DNA of 64,000 nucleotides from Chloroflexota bacterium (GTDB taxonomy: Bacteria > Chloroflexota > Limnocylindria > Limnocylindrales > CSP1-4): assembly GCA_016191425.1 (NCBI GenBank), contig JACPOR010000008.1, forward strand, positions 13,835 to 77,834, written 5' to 3'. Shown piece after piece: positions 58,145 through 64,000 of the stretch (within the stretch, counting starts at the first letter, position 1; every line of letters begins with the position of its first letter). The position numbers were made by a program, and so were the translations under genes. The notes beneath the pieces were generated by a model. That model ran no database searches and was not told where the DNA came from. It saw nothing but the letters and a program-made list of their open reading frames with translations.

Positions 58145-58400
58145 CGGCGGATCGTAGCGTCTCGGGTCGGGGGATGCCACCAGGAAAGCTGCGCACCCGG
58201 GTCGCTGACGTGGCGCTCGATGTTCGACGTCAGGCCATGAGCCGCGACTCCCCGCTCGCGAGAGATGGGTACAGCGGCGCGCGGGGGCCGGCCGGCCCGC
58301 TCTTCCACCAAATCTAGGGACACGACCCGTCGGTCGAGCGCCGGGCATCACCGCGATGCGCTCGGTGAGCGGGTCGGTGGCCACGAGATTGCCGTCTCTC

Positions 58401-58605
58401 ACGAACCGTGTTCGTGTTACGGGCCCGCCTGCGCTGAACCGGGCCCACGTACGAACCGGAATCGTACAAGGCCCATCTGTGTGCCACCTCGCCTGGGTGA
58501 ACGGTCTGCGAGCGTCGGGCCGAGCACGCTCGCGCCGGCGTCCTGTAGCGCGGACGGCACAAGTCCCGACGGAACCGTACCTACGACGAACCGGGATCGT
58601 ATCTG
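58401..58605. repeat. Three solo copies of the ACGAACC-type palindrome
   Basis: ACGAACCGTGTTCGT at 58401, ACGAACCGGAATCGT at 58451 (50 bp apart) and ACGAACCGGGATCGT at 58586. Confidence 0.8.
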
Positions 58606-58766
58606 AGTCGCGCCGGTGCCGAGGGTCTTGAACTCCGGCGCACGTGGGGGCCCGCCGCTCCGCAGGCAGGCAGTGGACTGGCACCCGACAGGCACCAGTC
58701 GCCTACCCCGGCGCACATTGGGCTCGCCTGGCGCGCGGGAATGTCACGCGGCGGCCGACGCCCGAC

Positions 58767-58934
58767 CTACGGGGAACGCCGCCGATAGACCGAAGAGGCA
58801 GCGACCGCGGCGATCACGATGCCGACGACGCTGATGACCGAGCTGGGAATTGGCGCCACGAAATACTGGAGTAGTACGCCAACCGCCCCGACGGCGAGCC
58901 AGACGGCAAAGAACGTGATGATGACCCTGGCCAT
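58767..58934 (-). CDS. Small two-TM membrane protein (55 aa)
   Basis: AGGAGG RBS, two hydrophobic helices, basic C-terminus. Confidence 0.65.
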   Translation of the reverse strand: MARVIITFFAVWLAVGAVGVLLQYFVAPIPSSVISVVGIVIAAVAASSVYRRRSP

Positions 58935-59098
58935 CCCCGTTGCCCTCCTGTTCAGTGCGGGACAGTATCGGTCCGCGTCGGTATCGGTCGACGTCGGCTC
59001 GAGGCACCTGCCGACGTCGGTTCGAGGCCTACTGCGCGTGGCGAGCATAGCGGCGAGACATCGACTGGGGGTGCCATCACGAAGTCCGATGAATCACA

Positions 59099-59135
59099 AC
59101 GACCCGGGCCGGCTGACTGCCCGGGTCGTCTTTTT
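59099..59135. terminator. Intrinsic terminator-like hairpin
   Basis: ACGACCCGGGC / GCCCGGGTCGT stem followed by CTTTTT on the plus strand; downstream of the zinc-ribbon gene. Confidence 0.65.
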
Positions 59136-59187
59136 GGACTCTGGTTCCCGCGAACCCCCAGCGGGTTCACGTGCCGAGAGGAGAGAA

Positions 59188-59592
59188 CTAGCCCCGCATC
59201 GTCCGGAAACAATCGGAGCAATAGACCGGCTTGCCGCTCGTCGGGCGGAACGGGACCTTGGCCTCGTTGCCGCAGTTGGAGCACGTTGCCGCAAACATCT
59301 CACGGGTGCCGCGGTCGCGGTCGCCGTAGCCACCACCACCGCCGCCGCCGTAACCACCGCCGCCACCGGCGCTGTAGCTGCCGCCAGCCGAATAGCTGCC
59401 GGACGAGCCGTAATCGCTGCCCGAGCCGTAGCCCGCGCCACTCGACCCCCGAGCAGCCTTGCGGCTGGCTCGACAGGACGGGCAGCGGCGCGGCTCGGTG
59501 AAGCCACGTTGCGCGTAGAAGTCCTGCTCAGATGCGGTGAAGACGAACTCCTGTCCGCAATCCGCGCAGGTCAGATTCTTGTCGTTGTACAA
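59188..59592 (-). CDS. Zinc-ribbon plus CxxC-x17-CxxC domain protein with Gly/Tyr-rich linker
   Basis: DKNLTCADCGQEFVFTASEQDFY...PRRCPSC; MFAATCSNCG...KPVYCSDCF; GAGGAG RBS before TTG. Confidence 0.93.
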   Translation of the reverse strand: MYNDKNLTCADCGQEFVFTASEQDFYAQRGFTEPRRCPSCRASRKAARGSSGAGYGSGSDYGSSGSYSAGGSYSAGGGGGYGGGGGGGYGDRDRGTREMFAATCSNCGNEAKVPFRPTSGKPVYCSDCFRTMRG

Positions 59593-59938
59593 AACGAGAA
59601 CTCCTCTCGGTAGCCGCCGCGATGCCGTTCGGGTTCTCGCGTCAGCCGTGAGATGAGTCCGGTTCGTGGTCGTCTACGCGTATGCAGTCACGGACCGTGC
59701 CGTGACATTGGGCGTCGCGGAGCATACGCGGTATCGGCGACCCTGCCTAGTCCTGAATTGCAGCGATGTCGTCGGCGAGGGCGGATCGTGATGCGTGCGA
59801 GCCTCTCGCGATGCGTGCGCGCCTCGCACGCGTGTGGCGCACAGGCGCCGCGTGCGTGCGGCGAACGGGCGCAGGGTGCCGTCGCGTGGCAGGGTGGCCG
59901 GGACGCGAGGCGGTCACGAACTCGCCGCGTCGAACGCG

Positions 59939-61441
59939 TCAGTCCTCGATCGCCCAGCCTCGAACACGATCAACGGCGCGGGCCCAGCGGCGGCGTCGTC
60001 GGGCCCGATCCGCCGTGTCCATGACCGGCTCGAATCGCCGATCAAGTGCCCATTTGGAGCGCAGTTCGTCAAGCCCCGTCCAGAATCCGGTCGCGAGTCC
60101 CGCGAGGCTCGCGGCCCCGAGGGCAGTCGTCTCGGCGACCACGGGACGCTCCACCGGGATCCCCAGCAGATCGGCCTGGGCCTGGAGGAGTGCGTCATTG
60201 ACAACGGCCCCGCCGTCGACGCGCATGGAGAGCGGCGGCCGATCGGTGTCGGCAGCCATCGCCTCGACGACGTCGGCGACCTGCTGGACGATCGAATCGA
60301 GCGTGGCGCGGGCGATGTGGCCGAGCTCGGTCCCGCGGGTGATGCCAAGGATTCCCCCGCGCGCGGCGGGATCCCAGTACGGCGCGCCGAGGCCGGTGAA
60401 CGCGGGAACCATGACGATCCCACCGTCATCGTCGACGGAAGCGGCGAGCGCCTCGATGCCCGCCGACTGGGCAATCGCGTGGAGGCCGTCCCGCAGCCAC
60501 TGGACGGCTGCTCCGGCTACGAAGACCGAACCCTCGAGCGCGTAGGTGGCTGGTCCGCCAGGCTGCAACTGCCAGAGCACGGTCGTGATCAAACGGTTCC
60601 GCGACTCGACCGGGGTCGCTCCCGTGTTGCGCAACAGGAACGCCCCGGTCCCGTAGGTGGTCTTGCTCTGCCCGACCTCGAAACAGGCTTGTCCGAACGT
60701 CGCTGCCTGCTGGTCTCCGGCCAGCGCGGCGATGGGGATCGGCCGCCCGAAGATGGCCGGATCCGTCGCGCCGACCAGGCCGGAGGTGGGCACGACCTTC
60801 GGCAGCATCGCCTCCGGGACATCGACGAGCTGGAGCAGCTCCGAGTCCCAGGCGAGTCGATGCAGGTCGAACAGGAGCGTGCGGCTGGCATTGGATACGT
60901 CGGTGACGTGGACACGGCCGCCCGTGAGCCGCCAGGCGAGGAAGCTGTCCACCGTCCCGAATGCCAGCTCGCCGCGTTCGGCGCGTGCCCGGAGCCCCGG
61001 CGTTGCGTCGAGGATGTGGGCGATCTTGGGGCCGGAGAAGTACGCGTCAATCGGCAGGCCGGTCCGCTCACGGAACAGCGATTCGAGGCCCTGACCGCGA
61101 AGCGCCTCGCACGCGGGAGCCGTGATCCGGCTCTGCCAGACGATGGCATCGGCCACCGGGGCGCCGGTCGCGCGATCCCAGACGACCGTCGTCTCGCGCT
61201 GGTTGGCGATCCCGATCGCCGCGATTCGCCCCGCTCCCCCGACTGCCTCGACCACCTCGCGAGCGACGTCCAGCTGCGTATCCCAGATCGCCTCCGGATC
61301 GTGGGTCACGTGGCCCGGCGAGGGATACCGCTGCTCGAACGCGCGCTGGGCGCTGGCGACGGGTCGACCGTCACGACCGAAGACCATCGCGCGGGAAGAG
61401 GTCGTGCCCTGGTCGAGGGCCAGGATCAGTCGATCGTCCAC
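59939..61441 (-). CDS. glpK: Glycerol kinase
   Basis: [44 protein letters not shown]. Confidence 0.98.
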   Translation of the reverse strand: MDDRLILALDQGTTSSRAMVFGRDGRPVASAQRAFEQRYPSPGHVTHDPEAIWDTQLDVAREVVEAVGGAGRIAAIGIANQRETTVVWDRATGAPVADAIVWQSRITAPACEALRGQGLESLFRERTGLPIDAYFSGPKIAHILDATPGLRARAERGELAFGTVDSFLAWRLTGGRVHVTDVSNASRTLLFDLHRLAWDSELLQLVDVPEAMLPKVVPTSGLVGATDPAIFGRPIPIAALAGDQQAATFGQACFEVGQSKTTYGTGAFLLRNTGATPVESRNRLITTVLWQLQPGGPATYALEGSVFVAGAAVQWLRDGLHAIAQSAGIEALAASVDDDGGIVMVPAFTGLGAPYWDPAARGGILGITRGTELGHIARATLDSIVQQVADVVEAMAADTDRPPLSMRVDGGAVVNDALLQAQADLLGIPVERPVVAETTALGAASLAGLATGFWTGLDELRSKWALDRRFEPVMDTADRARRRRRWARAVDRVRGWAIED

Positions 61442-61447
61442 CGCAGC

Positions 61448-63091
61448 CTATCGCCCCGGAACATCGAACTCGGCCCTCGCGTTTCGGAGGAAGGTCGACA
61501 CCTCGCTCGCCTGCCGAGCCCGATCCCACCCGAGCTCGCTGCCCATGAGCTCGGCGACGCGCGGCGCGATCGAGGCCGCTCGATCCGGCAACTCCTGGCT
61601 CAGCCGCATCCGTCGACTGAGCGTGTCATCGAGCGTGAGGGCGTATTCGCGGGTCACGGCCCAGGGTACCTCCGCTTCGATGTGCTCGGTGGATCCGAGG
61701 GGACGCAGGAGGTCGCGATCGCGACCGAGATCCACGACCGCCTCGGCATCGATGCCATGTCGATCCACGAGCCGACGGGCAACGGCCGCCGGCAGGCCGG
61801 TCTCGCGTTCGAGGCGGGCGCCAAGAATCGACAGGTCGGCCAGTGGCGCCGCGCCAACCAGGGACAGGTCTGCGGTCCGCGATGGACGGGCGCGGGTGGT
61901 CTCGGGACCCAGCGCCGAGTCGACGGCGTCCCTGGCCATCACCCGATAGGTCGTGTACTTTCCCCCGCCGATCCTGACCACGCCGGACGGGTCGGTGGTG
62001 ACTCTGTGTTCTCGCGATGCCTTGATCGTCGAGCCACCGACGTCGCCGACGAGGGGCCGCAGGCCGGCATAGGTCCCGAGGATGTCGTCCCGCGTCAGGT
62101 CGATCGTCATCCGGCGGTTGACGACGCCGAGGAGCTCGTCGACGTCCTCGTCCAGGGCACTCGGGTGATCCAGGGCGCGGTCATCCTCGTGATCCGTCGT
62201 CCCGATCAGCCAGTGGTTCGGCCAGGGGATGATGAACACGACGCGGCCGGGGATTCTCAACGTCATGCCACCGCGGGCCTCCAGGCGTTCCCGGCGGATG
62301 ACGAGATGGGCACCCCGGCTGGGCACGACCTTGGCCGCTCCCGCTACGGGTGCGAAGCGCTCGTCGGGGTGGGCGGCCCAGACCCCCGTCGCGTCGATGA
62401 CGCGGGTCGCGCGGATGTCGAACCCCTCGCCCGTGTCTCGATCGTGAGCTCGGACGCCGATGGCTTGACCGCCCTCGAGCAGCGGCGCATCAGCCCGCAC
62501 CCGCGTCGCCAGGACCGCGCCCAGCGCGACCGCGGAGCGGGCGACCGCGAGAGCGAACCGCGCGTCGTCCTCGACGCCATCGTGATAGACGATTCCGGCC
62601 TGCAACCCCTCGGGTCGGAGCTGCGGGGCGAATTCCAGTGCCGCGGCGCGTCGCATGTGCTGGGCAAAGCCCGCCCCCTGCCTCGAACCGAGCAGGTCGT
62701 AGAGGAGGATGCCCGACCCGTAGAAACCCTGATGGATCAGCGGCCAGCCGTAGATCGGGAACAGGAACGGCTCGAGCCGGACGAGGTGGGGCGCGTTTCT
62801 GAGCAGGCGGGCCCGCTCCTCGAGGGCCTCCGCCACGAGCCCGAAGTGGAGCTGCTCCAGGTAGCGGAGCCCGCCGTGGATCAGGCGCGAGGAGCGACTG
62901 GACGTACCCGCGGCGATATCCGACTGCTCGACGAGGGCCGCCCGAAGGCCGCGGCTCTGCGCATCCAGCAGGGCACCGGCACCCACCACCCCGCCACCGA
63001 CGATCAGGACGTCGAAGGCCTCTCCGGACAGCCTGGCGAGCGCGGCCCGGCGCTGGGACGGTGCCGAAGAGCCGGTCTCGCGATCGACCAT
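61448..63091 (-). CDS. glpD: Glycerol-3-phosphate dehydrogenase/oxidase
   Basis: VGGGVVG, GTSSRSSRLIHGGLRYL, DDAR, GGKYTTYR. Confidence 0.97.
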   Translation of the reverse strand: MVDRETGSSAPSQRRAALARLSGEAFDVLIVGGGVVGAGALLDAQSRGLRAALVEQSDIAAGTSSRSSRLIHGGLRYLEQLHFGLVAEALEERARLLRNAPHLVRLEPFLFPIYGWPLIHQGFYGSGILLYDLLGSRQGAGFAQHMRRAAALEFAPQLRPEGLQAGIVYHDGVEDDARFALAVARSAVALGAVLATRVRADAPLLEGGQAIGVRAHDRDTGEGFDIRATRVIDATGVWAAHPDERFAPVAGAAKVVPSRGAHLVIRRERLEARGGMTLRIPGRVVFIIPWPNHWLIGTTDHEDDRALDHPSALDEDVDELLGVVNRRMTIDLTRDDILGTYAGLRPLVGDVGGSTIKASREHRVTTDPSGVVRIGGGKYTTYRVMARDAVDSALGPETTRARPSRTADLSLVGAAPLADLSILGARLERETGLPAAVARRLVDRHGIDAEAVVDLGRDRDLLRPLGSTEHIEAEVPWAVTREYALTLDDTLSRRMRLSQELPDRAASIAPRVAELMGSELGWDRARQASEVSTFLRNARAEFDVPGR

Positions 63092-63303
63092 CAGGCTTCC
63101 GGCGGGCGATTGGTCGCGACCCGCCAGAGCACGATGGTCGTCCCGACCAGCAGGACCAGGATCGTGAGCGGCGTGTGGAAGACGAGGCGCTGGGCGGGCT
63201 CCGGCAGGAGGCCGGTCACCACCGCCAACCCGAGCACGACCACAGCGGCACCGGAGGCAACCAGGGCCACCTGGCGCACGCCGGGCTGCGATCGCTCAAC
63301 CAC
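63091..63303 (-). CDS. Small two-TM membrane protein
   Basis: Two hydrophobic helices; overlaps both nnrE and glpD. Confidence 0.7.
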   Translation of the reverse strand: MVERSQPGVRQVALVASGAAVVVLGLAVVTGLLPEPAQRLVFHTPLTILVLLVGTTIVLWRVATNRPPEA

Positions 63304-64000
63304 GGTCGGCCTCAGCCGGGATCCCGATCGGGGCGACGAGAACCTTGCCTGCGAGGGCGGCGCCGCGACCGGTCCTGAGGCCCGTCTTGGGCCGGTGGAA
63401 TGTGACCGTGAGGTCTGCCTGTACGACGGGGTCGGACGGGTCGCCGGAGGAAAGATCCACGGCCGAAGGCGTGTCGACGGCTACGACCGGGACACCGGCC
63501 TTGCGGGCACGCCCGATAAGCTCCACGGCTCCCCGGATCGGTTCTCGAAGGACGCCTGACACGCCCGTCCCGAGGAGCGCATCGATGACGATGGACGCAT
63601 GGTCGACATCGTTGCCGAGGATGGCCAGCTCCCGTGCCACGGCCGTATGGACACGCGTGACCCGGGGCTCCGCTGCGAGCCGGTCCCAGTTCCGGGTCGC
63701 GTCGGGGGTGCTCGGCCGGGCAGACGACGAGACGAGCGCGGCGATGACATCAAAGCCCGCCTGCGCCAGTCGGCGCGCTGCCACGAACCCGTCCCCGCCG
63801 TTGTTCCCTGGTCCGCACATGACGAGGACCGGACCCTTGCCGACCCTGCCCGTCGCTTCGGCAAGGGCCCGCGCGCCCGCGGCGACGGCCGTCCCCGCAT
63901 GCTCCATGAGGCGCTCGCCGGGCATCCCGAACGCATGGGCCCGGCGATCGATGCCCGCCATGGCTTCCGCACCGATCGGGGGACGGCCGGCGGCGTCAGA
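63296..64000 (-). CDS. nnrE: NAD(P)H-hydrate epimerase (YjeF N-terminal domain); start lies beyond the window
   Basis: LMEHAG, CGPGNNGGDG, IDALLGTG, AVDTPS. Frame is open to the right edge; no dehydratase domain follows. Confidence 0.93.
   Translation of the reverse strand, partial: SDAAGRPPIGAEAMAGIDRRAHAFGMPGERLMEHAGTAVAAGARALAEATGRVGKGPVLVMCGPGNNGGDGFVAARRLAQAGFDVIAALVSSSARPSTPDATRNWDRLAAEPRVTRVHTAVARELAILGNDVDHASIVIDALLGTGVSGVLREPIRGAVELIGRARKAGVPVVAVDTPSAVDLSSGDPSDPVVQADLTVTFHRPKTGLRTGRGAALAGKVLVAPIGIPAEADRG

Noticed and set aside
58317-58394. DGNLVATDPLTERIAVMP as a gene relic on the minus strand
   Set aside because: Too short, with no start or RBS; cannot be supported without a homology search.
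52033-58600. CGAAC...GTTCG palindromes as LexA SOS boxes
   Set aside because: The Gram-positive-type box is GAAC-N4-GTTC; these have a 3-nt spacer, and two lie at a gene 3' end rather than in a promoter.
59795-63559. 1254-aa plus-strand ORF and similar long ORFs (43386-45665, 2229-3947, 46123-47886, 535-2220)
   Set aside because: Antisense shadows of well-supported genes in high-GC DNA, with no recognisable motifs.

Overview
GC-rich (roughly 70% by eye) bacterial chromosome segment. Gene content and style suggest a Chloroflexota or Actinobacteria-like organism (inference, not verified). Most of the window is metabolic housekeeping: a branched-chain 2-oxoacid dehydrogenase operon with lipA, glpDK, plsY, two acyl-CoA dehydrogenases, an acyl-CoA synthetase, two class III aminotransferases, a dgcN/dgcA-like pair, tRNA-Arg(TCT) and tRNA-Glu(CTC). 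Six things stand out. (1) An XRE-HTH/PD-(D/E)XK nuclease gene sits inside the bkd operon, with ACGAAC-N3-GTTCGT-type palindromes paired 50 bp apart at its 3' end; the same 50-bp pair recurs without the gene 6 kb away. (2) A luciferase-like oxidoreductase is fused to a MenA-type prenyltransferase and coupled to a CPBP protease gene. (3) An ECF sigma factor is coupled to an Ogt protein carrying an Ada zinc domain but no AraC domain. (4) A 5.7-kb integrase-less island is bounded by a degenerate copy of the tRNA-Glu 3' end. (5) An eight-gene ABC/MoxR/DUF58/vWA membrane system. (6) An orphan DNA methyltransferase lies near a DnaA-box triplet. TANNNT boxes 6-8 nt before start codons suggest widespread leaderless transcription. 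No database searches were run; all family calls come from motif recognition.
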